From positions 2,188 to 66,187 of the forward strand of contig PEWV01000071.1 of assembly GCA_002780005.1 (NCBI GenBank): a DNA stretch of 64,000 nt. Reading direction: 5' to 3'. Made by a program: the position numbers and the translations under genes. Positions 10,415 to 20,628 of this stretch are shown here, in pieces (position 1 is the first letter of the stretch; each line of letters opens with the position of its first letter). The notes beneath the pieces were generated by a model, which was not told the DNA's origin, ran no database searches, and was given only the letters and a program-made list of their open reading frames with translations. Source of the DNA: Candidatus Aquitaenariimonas noxiae (GTDB lineage Bacteria; Omnitrophota; Gorgyraeia; Aquitaenariimonadales; Aquitaenariimonadaceae).

Positions 10415-11704
10415 ATGCCGGAAATCAACCCTTTTTTGGGTTATATTTACAATACAAAAAAAATCAAAGACATATCCAAAGTGCTTGCCCCGCCGTATGA
10501 TGTCATATCGTCCGAAATACAGGACTCACTATATAAACGAAGTGAGTTTAATATAATCAGGCTTATTCTTGGAAAGGATAAGACAGGCGATAATAAAACT
10601 AACAATAGATATAAACGCGCAAAGGCGTTTTTGGATGAAATTATCGCGAAAGATATCTTAACAAAAGATAAAAAACCCTCGCTATATTTATACGGCCAGG
10701 AATATACGGGTGCAGGCGAGAAGCGGCAAAGGCTAGGCTTCATTTCATTAATGAAGCTGGAGGACCGCAAGAATAGCAGCATACTTCCCCATGAACGCAC
10801 ATTCGCCAAGCCAAGAAAGGATAGATCTAAGTTGATTCATAATATAAATGCCAATGATAGCCCTATTTTTTCTATTTTTGAAGACCGTAAAAACGTTGTA
10901 ACAGATATATTAGATAGAGAGTCTAAGAAAAAACCAGTTTTCGATGTCAATTTCGAAGGGGTTAGGGAAAGATTGTGGAGGGTATCCGATTCAAAAATAA
11001 TCTCGCATATAGCCGCAGAACTTAAAAACAAGCAGGTTTTTATTGCAGATGGGCATCACAGGTATGAAGTGGCTTTGAACTACAGAGATGAGATGAGAAA
11101 AAGGCATAAGAAAATACCAGCTGTTGCCCCATATGACTATATCATGATGTATTTTGTCGGGCTCGATGATTCAAGGCTCACTATTTTGCCTACCCACAGA
11201 GTTGTAAAAAACATCGGGAATTTAAAGAATGAGGTCATTCTAAGTTTGCTAGAAGAGTACTTTGACATAAAAAAATTCAAAGATTTCAACAATATGTATT
11301 TGGTGCAAAAGAACCAGGGCGGTAAGTTTACATTTGGTATGTATTGCGGAAACGGATTTTATTTGCTAAAATTAAAAGATACGGCAAATCTATCTGATCT
11401 TATAAAAGGAGAAATGTCAAACGAGTGGAAAGCCTTAGACGTTACCGTGCTGCACAAGTTGCTGTTGGAACGCGTTCTTAAAGTAAAAGATAAAGAAGGC
11501 AATATAGCCTACTATAGAAGTGCATCGGACGCCATCGAGAAAGTTAAAAACGACGGTTACAAACTTGCACTTTTCTTAAATCCGACACGGCTAGAAGAGG
11601 TTAAGGATATTGCGCTAAAGGGAGAGAAAATGCCTCATAAATCAACATATTTCTATCCCAAGCTTCTAACCGGCGTTGTGATAAACAAATTTAACGGAGT
11701 GTAA
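10415..11704 (+). CDS. DUF1015 family protein (ParB/Srx-like fold)
   Basis: APPYDVIS, ILPHERT, IADGHHRYE, ILPTHRVV and MPHKSTYFYPKLLTG motifs. Confidence 0.9.
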   Translation: MPEINPFLGYIYNTKKIKDISKVLAPPYDVISSEIQDSLYKRSEFNIIRLILGKDKTGDNKTNNRYKRAKAFLDEIIAKDILTKDKKPSLYLYGQEYTGAGEKRQRLGFISLMKLEDRKNSSILPHERTFAKPRKDRSKLIHNINANDSPIFSIFEDRKNVVTDILDRESKKKPVFDVNFEGVRERLWRVSDSKIISHIAAELKNKQVFIADGHHRYEVALNYRDEMRKRHKKIPAVAPYDYIMMYFVGLDDSRLTILPTHRVVKNIGNLKNEVILSLLEEYFDIKKFKDFNNMYLVQKNQGGKFTFGMYCGNGFYLLKLKDTANLSDLIKGEMSNEWKALDVTVLHKLLLERVLKVKDKEGNIAYYRSASDAIEKVKNDGYKLALFLNPTRLEEVKDIALKGEKMPHKSTYFYPKLLTGVVINKFNGV

Positions 11705-11707
11705 AAA

Positions 11708-12343
11708 ATGAGCGATTTTAGTGAATTGAAAAAATCAGTATTTGCCGGAAACATAACAGGCGTGAAGAAATTAGTTCAGGATGCTTTGCAAAAAAACATA
11801 TCCGCTAAGGAGATATTGAACAACGGCCTCATAGCCGGGATGAATGATGTCGGAGAAAAGTTTAAGAATAACCAGATATATATACCGGAAGTATTGATTG
11901 CGGCAAAAGCTATGCAGGCCGGGCTTGATATAATAAAACCTATTCTGGTCTCGGCAGGTGTAAAGCCCGTTGCAAAAGTTGCTATCGGGACGGTAAAAGG
12001 CGACCTTCATGATATCGGAAAGAATATAGTTTCAATGATGTTAAAAGGCGCCGGGTTCGATGTTATAGATTTCGGCATCGATACCCCAGTCGAAAAATTT
12101 GTGCTCGCCGCAAAAGATGGTGTAGATGTTATAGCCATGTCAGCGCTTGTAACAACATCAATGCCTTCTATGAAGCGCACTATAGAGGCGCTGTATAAAG
12201 AAGGACTTAAAAGCAAGGTAAAGACGATTATAGGCGGGGCGCCTATTACTCAAAAGTTTGCAGATGAAATAGGGGCGGATGGGTACACTAGGGACGCCGC
12301 CTCCGCCGCGAATAAAATTAAAGAAATTCTGAACATAAAATAA
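11708..12343 (+). CDS. Stand-alone cobalamin-binding (corrinoid) protein, methyltransferase cognate type
   Basis: B12 cap domain (GLIAGMNDVGEKF, YIPEVL) plus DxHxxG motif GDLHDIGKNIV, SAL and GGAP. Confidence 0.92.
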   Translation: MSDFSELKKSVFAGNITGVKKLVQDALQKNISAKEILNNGLIAGMNDVGEKFKNNQIYIPEVLIAAKAMQAGLDIIKPILVSAGVKPVAKVAIGTVKGDLHDIGKNIVSMMLKGAGFDVIDFGIDTPVEKFVLAAKDGVDVIAMSALVTTSMPSMKRTIEALYKEGLKSKVKTIIGGAPITQKFADEIGADGYTRDAASAANKIKEILNIK

Positions 12344-12365
12344 CTATAAATAAAGCGAGGTTTTT

Positions 12366-13211
12366 ATGCCCTTATTTAAACGAAAACCGAATTATACAAT
12401 TGTTAAAGTAGCTAAAAAAAGAGATATACCGGACGGCTTATGGGTCAAGTGCTATGATTGTGGCGAGCTGATTTATAATAAAAAGCTAGAAGAAAATTTA
12501 AAAGTGTGCCCTAAATGCAATTTTCACTTCACGTTGAGCGCCTTTGAAAGAATAGAATTACTCCTAGATAAGGACAACTTCGTCGAGTATGATAAAGATA
12601 TGGAGTCTGTCGATCCCTTGCATTTTGAAGGCCCTAAGAAATATACGGATAAGCTTAAAGAGGATCAGGCCGCAACGAACATGAAGGAAGCCGCCATAAC
12701 AGGCGAAGGAAAGCTGGATAAAAAACCGGTTGTTATATGCGTCACGGATTCGAGATTTATAATGGGCTCCATGGGCTCTGTTGTGGGAGAAAAAATAACG
12801 CGGGCTATTGAAACAGCTATTGATAAAAAATATCCGGTTATCATAGTATCTGGATCGGGAGGCGGGGCAAGAATGTATGAGGGGATGTTTAGCCTAATGC
12901 AAATGGCAAAGACTAGCGCGGCCTTAAAAAAGTTACATGAGCATAAATTACCGTTCATCTCTGTTTTGACTAATCCCACAATGGCGGGGGTAATGGCTAG
13001 CTTTGCATCGCTTGGTGACGTTATAATTGCCGAGCCGAAGGCGCTTATAGGCTTTACGGGTCCACGCGTTATCGAGCAGACCATAAGGCAGACGCTTCCC
13101 CAGGGTTTTCAGAAATCAGAATTTTTATTGGAGCACGGCCTGATAGATATGGTAGTGCACCGTAAAAATATGAGAGAAACCCTAATTAAGATACTGGATT
13201 ATCTGTGTTAG
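12366..13211 (+). CDS. accD: Acetyl-CoA carboxylase carboxyltransferase beta subunit
   Basis: Zn finger CYDC...CPKC; [31 protein letters not shown] and [11 protein letters not shown] motifs. Confidence 0.96.
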   Translation: MPLFKRKPNYTIVKVAKKRDIPDGLWVKCYDCGELIYNKKLEENLKVCPKCNFHFTLSAFERIELLLDKDNFVEYDKDMESVDPLHFEGPKKYTDKLKEDQAATNMKEAAITGEGKLDKKPVVICVTDSRFIMGSMGSVVGEKITRAIETAIDKKYPVIIVSGSGGGARMYEGMFSLMQMAKTSAALKKLHEHKLPFISVLTNPTMAGVMASFASLGDVIIAEPKALIGFTGPRVIEQTIRQTLPQGFQKSEFLLEHGLIDMVVHRKNMRETLIKILDYLC

Positions 13212-14626
13212 TCTCTCAAAAGATAAAAATTATTACCGGCCTTCTTTTAACATTATTTTTTGTACTATCATTAGCTTATTTGTACAACGTAACCCTGCCG
13301 CTTAATAAAACGCATTATTTCCTGCCGGCAATTTTTATATTCTCCGCTTATATCTTTGCTATACTCTCCGGATATTTAATTTTTGGTAAATGGTCGATCT
13401 TCCTTGTTATCTTAAGCGTGGCTTCGACAGTTTTTCTTGCAGATGCCAGTAATAATTTTCAATACGTATTTTTTTCATTTGCCTTTATCTCGGCAAGCTT
13501 AGCCAGCCAGCTGTATCTGAAAAAGTCGAATGCCTTTAGGCATAGCTCTGCGCAGAAACTCTCCGAATTGAAACGAGAAACTAATCAGTTGCGCGAGGAG
13601 TTTGAGCGCAATAAGGAATTAAAACTTAGCCTCGAGAAGAAACTGGAACGTTATTCAGAACTTAAAGAATTGACGGAAACATTAAGCTCAAGCCTTAATT
13701 TGAAAGACTTGACGCACTTTATTACGGATGAAGCATTTCAGATTATAGGAAAATCTGAACGCGCGCTTTTATTTTTAGTTGATGATAAAAAACAGACATT
13801 AGATCTGACGGCATCGAAAAAAATGGACGACAACCTAAAAATAAAATCAAAAGTCGGAGATATATTTGATAGATGGGTTCTGGAGCATCAGCGGCCTTTG
13901 ATTATTTCAGACACATCAAAGGACTACAGATTCCCTTCCTATAGAAGCAAATCGATAAGACCGGCCGAATCTGTAATTATAGCGCCAATGATGCTTGAAG
14001 ACCGATTGATAGGTGTTTTGAGGCTAGAGGCCTTGGAACGTAATATCTATGCGGTCGATGACTTGCGAATTTTATGCGTTATAGCTGATATTTCTTGCGT
14101 TGCCTTGAACAACGCCTTATTATACGCCAGGACCGAAGAATTGGCCATAAAAGACGGGCTTACGGGCCTCTATGTTCAGAGATATTTTAAGGACCGCCTT
14201 AGGGAAGAAGTTAAAAGGGCAACTCGTAAAGAATATAAACTTTCTTTGCTTATGATCGATATAGACAATTTCAAGCATTATAACGACAAATACGGTCACG
14301 CGGCCGGAGATCTTGTTCTTCAGCATATAGCCGGATCTCTTCATAAATTCGCCGATACGGGCGACTTAATAGCAAGGTATGGCGGCGAAGAATTCGCGGT
14401 GATATTAACGGAAGAGGATAAGGAAAAGGCAAAAAAAGTCGCCGGCAATATTCACAGACATATAGCTAAGGATTCAGTTTTTTTAAGAAACCAGAAAACC
14501 TATGTTACTGTTTCTATCGGCGTTGCCACTTACCCGGATGATGCCTCAAAGGAAAACGATTTAATACGTATGGCTGACGCCAATCTCTATAAGGCCAAAA
14601 ACGAAGGAAAAAATAAGGTATGTTAA
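13205..14626 (+). CDS. Membrane-bound GAF-GGDEF diguanylate cyclase
   Basis: About 4 N-terminal TM helices, coiled coil, GAF domain, DGLTGL, DIDNFK..ND.YGH..GD and RYGGEEF. The I-site position reads DTGD (no RxxD). Confidence 0.92.
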   Translation: MLVSQKIKIITGLLLTLFFVLSLAYLYNVTLPLNKTHYFLPAIFIFSAYIFAILSGYLIFGKWSIFLVILSVASTVFLADASNNFQYVFFSFAFISASLASQLYLKKSNAFRHSSAQKLSELKRETNQLREEFERNKELKLSLEKKLERYSELKELTETLSSSLNLKDLTHFITDEAFQIIGKSERALLFLVDDKKQTLDLTASKKMDDNLKIKSKVGDIFDRWVLEHQRPLIISDTSKDYRFPSYRSKSIRPAESVIIAPMMLEDRLIGVLRLEALERNIYAVDDLRILCVIADISCVALNNALLYARTEELAIKDGLTGLYVQRYFKDRLREEVKRATRKEYKLSLLMIDIDNFKHYNDKYGHAAGDLVLQHIAGSLHKFADTGDLIARYGGEEFAVILTEEDKEKAKKVAGNIHRHIAKDSVFLRNQKTYVTVSIGVATYPDDASKENDLIRMADANLYKAKNEGKNKVC

Positions 14627-15942
14627 TAGAGACATTTTTTGTTGTTTTTATATCCGGCATTTCGCTAATTGTCTTAATAGCATATTTCCTTGATTTAAAG
14701 CTTGGTTTGGTTGTATCAGCGGTTTTCAGCGTTGCTTTTATAATTTTATGCCACCCTTCGATTTTATTAGTGGCGCTTGCCGTAATAATATCTAATTCTA
14801 TCCCCGTAGCCACAACTTTTCTTAAAAAAGTAATATCTGAAGAGCATCGCAGATTGGAAAGCGACCTTAAATTGTCGCGTGAAGCTTACACCCGCCTTTT
14901 AAACGAGTATTCGACTCTTAATGATGAGAACAGGAATTTAAATAGGGTTGCTACGGAAGTAGAAAACCTGTATGAAGTAGCGCGAAAAATGTCGGAAGCA
15001 CTTGAATTTGATGATATTTTTAAAACATTTAATGAGTTTCTAAATCGAGGCATGAAATTCCGCGAATGTAAACTACTTCTTATAGAGAAAGAAAATGATA
15101 ATTTTTATATCGAAAAGGCTTATCGCATGAAACATCCTACTATATCAAGCGATAACGAAGTCCAGGTGACGCCTCCGGAGCTAAAAGACGAAATTGCGTT
15201 GGATATTTTCTACCAAGACCAGCGGCCGATATTTCTTTCAAGCGATAGGGATAGTGCGAATTTAAACAGATTTTATCCCAAGTGCGATATAAAGACCTTT
15301 GTGTCAAACCCCCTTTTTGTCGAGGATGAACTGGTTGGCATATTGGTGTTAGAGGATCTGGCAGAAAAGGACTTTGAAAAATTTTTGATACTGGCCAGCC
15401 AATTTGCCCTTGAGATGAAAAAGGTTAAATTATATGAAACTATTCAACGATTGGCTATCGTAGACGGCTTGACAGGCGTATATATGCGTAGGCATTTCCT
15501 TGAAAGAGTCGGCGAAGAAATAAGAAGGTCGGAATTCCATAAACTTGCAATTGCTTTTCTGATGATAGATATAGACCATTTTAAAATTTGCAATGACCGT
15601 TACGGCCATTTGGTCGGGGACGTGGTTTTGGGTGAATTAGCAAAAATCCTCAAACAAAACGTCAGAGAAATAGATATTATATGCAGATACGGAGGAGAAG
15701 AATTCGCTATCGTCCTGCCAGACACCAATAAGACATCAGCTTCAATAGTCGCCGAAAGAATCAGAGAAACGGTCGAAGGGTTCACCTTTTCCGCATTTGA
15801 TGAAAAACCGCAGATTACCATCAGCGTAGGCGTATCTAGCTACCCGGCTGACGGGAGCAAGATGGAACAGCTTATAGAAGCCGCAGACATGGCGTTGTAT
15901 AAGGCTAAGCATACGGGTAGGAATAAGGTTTGTATTGCCTGA
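14620..15942 (+). CDS. Membrane-bound GAF-GGDEF diguanylate cyclase
   Basis: TM N-terminus, coiled coil, GAF-like region, DGLTG, DIDHFK..ND.YGH..GD, intact I-site REID and RYGGEEF. Confidence 0.92.
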   Translation: MLIETFFVVFISGISLIVLIAYFLDLKLGLVVSAVFSVAFIILCHPSILLVALAVIISNSIPVATTFLKKVISEEHRRLESDLKLSREAYTRLLNEYSTLNDENRNLNRVATEVENLYEVARKMSEALEFDDIFKTFNEFLNRGMKFRECKLLLIEKENDNFYIEKAYRMKHPTISSDNEVQVTPPELKDEIALDIFYQDQRPIFLSSDRDSANLNRFYPKCDIKTFVSNPLFVEDELVGILVLEDLAEKDFEKFLILASQFALEMKKVKLYETIQRLAIVDGLTGVYMRRHFLERVGEEIRRSEFHKLAIAFLMIDIDHFKICNDRYGHLVGDVVLGELAKILKQNVREIDIICRYGGEEFAIVLPDTNKTSASIVAERIRETVEGFTFSAFDEKPQITISVGVSSYPADGSKMEQLIEAADMALYKAKHTGRNKVCIA

Positions 15943-15975
15943 ATAAGTCGCGCAATTTTAACGAATATAGTTTTG

Positions 15976-16005
15976 TTGACAAAAGCTTTGCTTCTACCAT
16001 ATAAT
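15976..16005 (+). promoter_or_regulatory. sigma70-type promoter upstream of ROK-lptD-glycan genes
   Basis: Consensus TTGACA (15976-15981), 18-nt spacer, TATAAT (16000-16005) in an AT-rich intergenic gap. Confidence 0.7.
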
Positions 16006-16029
16006 AAAACATAATTATAATATATATTT

Positions 16030-17013
16030 ATGCGGAAACGAAGCGGTAAAAAAAGATACGTTGTCGGAATCGATGTCGGCGGCACCAATTTAAAAATAGC
16101 CATTATCGGTTTAGACGGTAAAATCTATAAAAAATTAACTCTCCCCACAAAGAAATTCAATTATAAAAAGAAGCTGATCGACGCGCTGGCATCGCACTCA
16201 AAAAAGATCATAAATGAATGCGGCCTGGCAGAAAAAAATATACTCGGGGTAGGGATCGGAACACCCGGACTTGTCGATAGCACGAATGGCGTAATTCATT
16301 ACCTTGTTAATATAAAAGGCTTCAAAGAAGTCCCTCTCAAAAAGATCATCGAATCCAAGCTTAAGCTGCCCACATTTCTTGATAATGACGTCAATATGAT
16401 GTGCCTCGGGGAATTGTGTTACGGCAGCGGAATAGGAGCGAAGAGTTTGGTGTGTGTTGCCCTGGGGACAGGCGTGGGTGGCGGAATAGCCCTGGAGGGT
16501 AATTTATACCGGGGCTTTACACTTTCAGCCGGAGAAATAGGCCACACAACGATAAATGAAGACGGGCCGCTTTGTAATTGCGGTAATAAAGGCTGCTTGG
16601 AAGCGTATGTCGGCAACAGTTATATCGTAAAAGATGCGATTAGACGGATCAGACAAAATAAAAATAGCTTGATCGTTAAATTAGTTAACGGAAAACTATC
16701 GCATATTACACCAAAAATAATATCTAAAGCGGCATATAAGGGTGACAAAACAGCCAAAGATGTCTTGCGTTCCGCCGGGAGCCATATCGGCGTCGGTTTA
16801 GCAAATATCATAAATGTATTAAATCCCGAGAAGATTGTTATAGGCGGAGGCGTTGCCGAGGCCGGAAAAATCCTCTTCGACGCCATCAAGGCTTCTGTAA
16901 GGGGGCGCGCTATGAAGGTTCCTGCGGCAGCTGTCGAGATCCTGAAGGCTAAGCTGGGAGAGGACGCCGGCCTTATTGGAGCCGCGGCCCTTGTTTTAAA
17001 GGAGATTGATTGA
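16030..17013 (+). CDS. ROK family sugar kinase (glucokinase-like)
   Basis: GIDVGGT, DNDVN, LGTGVGGG, AGEIGH and CNCGNKGCLE motifs; no N-terminal HTH. Confidence 0.9.
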   Translation: MRKRSGKKRYVVGIDVGGTNLKIAIIGLDGKIYKKLTLPTKKFNYKKKLIDALASHSKKIINECGLAEKNILGVGIGTPGLVDSTNGVIHYLVNIKGFKEVPLKKIIESKLKLPTFLDNDVNMMCLGELCYGSGIGAKSLVCVALGTGVGGGIALEGNLYRGFTLSAGEIGHTTINEDGPLCNCGNKGCLEAYVGNSYIVKDAIRRIRQNKNSLIVKLVNGKLSHITPKIISKAAYKGDKTAKDVLRSAGSHIGVGLANIINVLNPEKIVIGGGVAEAGKILFDAIKASVRGRAMKVPAAAVEILKAKLGEDAGLIGAAALVLKEID

Positions 17014-19169
17014 TAAATATAAAACCAAAAATTTTTATACTTCTGACCCTATGTTTTTCTTTTGTGTCTAACATTTACGCCGAGGAGGCGAAGCCTGAGC
17101 TTTTGGTCGGAGCAAAGCCTAGAGTACCTGTGGTGGTAAACGGTGATAGGGTTGAATACCTGCAGGACGAGCAGAAGGTGGTTGGAATAGGGAATATAGA
17201 TATAACTTATGGGGATGTGAAGCTTACATGCGACAAGATAACGGTGTACTTAGACTCAAAGGATTCGCTCGCAGAAGGAAACGTTAAAATATATCAAGGG
17301 GATGACGTGCTTTCAGGCGACAAGGCCAATTATAATTTTGAAACAAAAAAAGGTCAGGTCATAAATGCCGACGTGGATGCAAAACAGTGGTATGGAAGGG
17401 GAGAATTAGTGCAAAAAAATGGGGCTATCGAGCACCGTGTCGAAAAGGGTTATGTTACGTCCTGCGACCACGTACCGCCGCATTATAGATTGCAAGCGAA
17501 AGAAGTTGTAATGTTTTTGAACGATAGAATTGTCGCCAAGAACTGTTTTATGTATTTAGGCAAAGTTCCAGTGCTTTATATACCATATTATGTTCATCCT
17601 CTAAGCGAGGACAAGCCAAGGGTAACAATAACCCCGGGGCATGATAAGCGGTGGGGCTTTTTTGCGCTTACCGCGTGGCGATATTACATCAATGAACAGA
17701 TAAAAGGTAATATTCATCTTGATTATCGCGAGAAGGATGACTTCGCCTGGGGCTTTGATTCCAAGTATGATACCAAATATATAGGCGAAGGGTTGCTTCA
17801 AACTTATTATATGAACAAAAAAACTATTCCTGTAGATAGCATATGGAATAGGGATCGCGACATCACCGAAAACGAAAGATATAAAATCCAATTGCGCCAT
17901 CGGTGGCAGATAGACCGCCAAACTGATGTTAAGGTAGAATACTACAAATCGAGCGATTCCACTTTTAATAAGGATTTTTTTTATCGGCAATACGAAAGAG
18001 ATGAAGTGATGCCGACATACGTTTCAGCGCTGCATAAAGACTCCCTTTATAATGCAGAGTTTAGAATGGATAGCCGGGTGAATGAGTATGAAACCGTTTT
18101 AGAACGATTGCCGGAAGCTGATTTAGACGTCGGAAAGAACAGGCTCATGGAGACCAATTTCTACTATAAAAGCGATAACAAATTTTCAAATCTAAACCAA
18201 ACGTTCGCGAATAACGCGTTTGATAACTTAGATGTCGTAAGGTATGATACATATGACGAAATTTCGTATCTCGCCAGGCTTTTTGGTTTTTTTAACATCG
18301 CTCCATTTATAGGGACGAGGCAGACTTATTTCAGCGAAGATAAAAAAGAAGAAGAGCATGTAGTGCGAGGCATATTTTACACAGGCGCAGACTCAAGTAT
18401 GCGTTTCTATAAAGTCTTTGATTATGATACCAACTTTATGGGTCTGGATATAAATAAGCTGCGGCATGTTATAAACCCTGTTGTTAAATATTATTACAAT
18501 ACTATGCCTACTATTTTACCTCAAGATCTCCGCCAGTTCGACAGCCTCGATAGTATTGACCATAGGGAAGGCGTGAGATTTGAAATTGAGAATAAATTGC
18601 AGACAAAAAGGAAAGTTTCAGGGCAAATGACCTCAATAGATTTAGCCCGCTTTGTGGTGACAACCGATTATTTACTCAGGGCAGAGGAGAATAACGAACT
18701 TACGGATATTGATTCACAATTGGAAATAAAACCGTACCGATGGCTATATTTTGAAACGGATGCTAAGTACGACCCGCATGCAGCAAAATTCAAGAGACGA
18801 AACTGGGATTTAATAGCGCAAGACCCAACGCCTGCCGAGAAATGGCAACTTGGCATTGGCCACAGGTATGAGGCCGAACATAGCAGCCAATTGACAGCGG
18901 ATGTCCGCTATAAGCTCACACCAAAATGGCAAGTGCGTGCTTACGAAAGGTATCAATTCAAGGAAAACGACTTAAAGGAGCAGGAGTACTCTATTATAAG
19001 AGATTTACATTGCTGGACCGTCGAGCTTATTTACAATATATACAGGCCTGAAGGCGAAACAATATGGCTTGTCTTCAGGTTGAAGGCTTTGCCGGCCGTT
19101 CCTCTCGAGGTTAACACATCATATCATCAGCCGAAAACTACTTCTCAAACCTTTACACCATTACCATAG
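17010..19169 (+). CDS. lptD: LPS-assembly outer-membrane protein LptD
   Basis: Signal peptide, OstA-like N-domain, TSCDH..PHY motif, beta-barrel-like aromatic periodicity and C-terminal RDLHCW. Confidence 0.8.
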   Translation: MINIKPKIFILLTLCFSFVSNIYAEEAKPELLVGAKPRVPVVVNGDRVEYLQDEQKVVGIGNIDITYGDVKLTCDKITVYLDSKDSLAEGNVKIYQGDDVLSGDKANYNFETKKGQVINADVDAKQWYGRGELVQKNGAIEHRVEKGYVTSCDHVPPHYRLQAKEVVMFLNDRIVAKNCFMYLGKVPVLYIPYYVHPLSEDKPRVTITPGHDKRWGFFALTAWRYYINEQIKGNIHLDYREKDDFAWGFDSKYDTKYIGEGLLQTYYMNKKTIPVDSIWNRDRDITENERYKIQLRHRWQIDRQTDVKVEYYKSSDSTFNKDFFYRQYERDEVMPTYVSALHKDSLYNAEFRMDSRVNEYETVLERLPEADLDVGKNRLMETNFYYKSDNKFSNLNQTFANNAFDNLDVVRYDTYDEISYLARLFGFFNIAPFIGTRQTYFSEDKKEEEHVVRGIFYTGADSSMRFYKVFDYDTNFMGLDINKLRHVINPVVKYYYNTMPTILPQDLRQFDSLDSIDHREGVRFEIENKLQTKRKVSGQMTSIDLARFVVTTDYLLRAEENNELTDIDSQLEIKPYRWLYFETDAKYDPHAAKFKRRNWDLIAQDPTPAEKWQLGIGHRYEAEHSSQLTADVRYKLTPKWQVRAYERYQFKENDLKEQEYSIIRDLHCWTVELIYNIYRPEGETIWLVFRLKALPAVPLEVNTSYHQPKTTSQTFTPLP

Positions 19170-19183
19170 GAGGATAAAGTGAA

Positions 19184-19295
19184 TCCCGTTAGTCCATTTA
19201 GTAGTATATATAGGAGCGATTAAAACAAATTATAAACGAAATAAATTGATTATGAAAACAATACAAAAACATAAAAATAAGGAGGACTAACGGGA
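19184..19295. mobile_element. 112-bp MITE-like element inserted into the ugd start codon
   Basis: Perfect 12-bp terminal inverted repeats TCCCGTTAGTCC (19184-19195) and GGACTAACGGGA (19284-19295), flanked by a 4-bp direct repeat TGAA (19180-19183, 19296-19299). In-silico excision restores AGGAGGATAAA-GTG-AAT-ATT-TGC. Confidence 0.75.
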
Positions 19296-20593
19296 TGAAT
19301 ATTTGCATGATCGGAACCGGATACGTGGGCCTTGTTACAGGGGCATGTTTTGCGAATTTGGGTAATAAAGTAATATGCGTGGATATCGATAAAACCAAAA
19401 TAGACTCCTTAAATAGCGGTATATGCCCGATCTATGAGCCCGGTCTTGAGGAGCTTGTGGCGCGCAGCCGAAAAGCAAAGAGATTGTTTTTCACCACAGA
19501 TCTGAAAGATGCCGTTAAAAAATCGCAAGTAGTGTTTATCGCCGTGGGCACGCCGCCAAAAGAAGATGGCGAGGCGGACCTTACTTATATCGAAGATGTT
19601 TCCAGGCAGATAGCACAGAGCCTTACATCATACAAGCTTATAATTGAGAAAAGCACGGTTCCCGTCGAGACAGGCAACTGGATCGAACACACTATAAAAA
19701 TGAATAACAAGCGAAAGGTGAAATTCGACGTAGCATCAAACCCTGAATTTTTGAAGGAGGGTTCGGCAATAGATGATTTCATGCATCCGGATAGGATTGT
19801 TATAGGCGCCGAAAGCAAGCGCGCAAAGGATATATTGCTCAAACTCTACAAACCCCTAAAGGCAACGACTATAGTTACGGATATAAAAAGCGCGGAACTT
19901 ATTAAACACGCATCAAATTCGTTTCTAGCCACAAAAATTTCGTTTATAAATGCGATAAGCAATATATGCGAAAGGGCAGGAGCGGATATTTTAGAAGTCG
20001 CTAAAGGCGTGGGCCTCGATAAAAGGATCGGAAAGGATTTCCTATACGCGGGAGCCGGCTTTGGAGGTTTTTGCCTCCCAAAAGACCTGGATGCGTTTAT
20101 AAGGATATCGGAGAAGTTAGGATACAGTTTAGAGATTCTAAAAATAGTCAGGTCGATAAATGAAGATCAAAAGAAGATCCTGCTTAAAAAAATAGAAAAC
20201 AACCTATGGATACTCAAGGGAAAGACAGTTTCTATTTTAGGGCTTTCTTTTAAACCAGAAACTGACGACATAAGATTTGCCCCTTCGATAGATATTATTA
20301 AAGCCTTGCTGGCTGAAGGCGTTAAAATTAAGGCGTTCGATCCGAAGGCCATGGAAAAAGCGAAGGGCAAGTTAACAAATGTGGATTTTTGCAGTGACCC
20401 GTACAGCGCCGTGAAAAATGCCGATTGCGTCGTGATCATGACAGAATGGAAGATATTTAAGAATTTAGACTGGAAACGAGTAAAAAAACTGGTTAAACAA
20501 CCGCTGATCGTAGATGGGCGTAATATTTTTGAAGATCCGAAGAAAATCATCAATATCGGGTTTAAATATATCGCAATGGGACGCAAGATCTAG
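19295..20593 (+). CDS. ugd: UDP-glucose 6-dehydrogenase
   Basis: GTGYVG, IYEPGL, KSTVP, SNPEFLKEG and GFGGFCLPKD (catalytic Cys). Confidence 0.93.
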   Translation: MNICMIGTGYVGLVTGACFANLGNKVICVDIDKTKIDSLNSGICPIYEPGLEELVARSRKAKRLFFTTDLKDAVKKSQVVFIAVGTPPKEDGEADLTYIEDVSRQIAQSLTSYKLIIEKSTVPVETGNWIEHTIKMNNKRKVKFDVASNPEFLKEGSAIDDFMHPDRIVIGAESKRAKDILLKLYKPLKATTIVTDIKSAELIKHASNSFLATKISFINAISNICERAGADILEVAKGVGLDKRIGKDFLYAGAGFGGFCLPKDLDAFIRISEKLGYSLEILKIVRSINEDQKKILLKKIENNLWILKGKTVSILGLSFKPETDDIRFAPSIDIIKALLAEGVKIKAFDPKAMEKAKGKLTNVDFCSDPYSAVKNADCVVIMTEWKIFKNLDWKRVKKLVKQPLIVDGRNIFEDPKKIINIGFKYIAMGRKI

Positions 20594-20628
20594 CGATTGT
20601 CATAAGATTAGGATCCGGAGGTTAGTAG

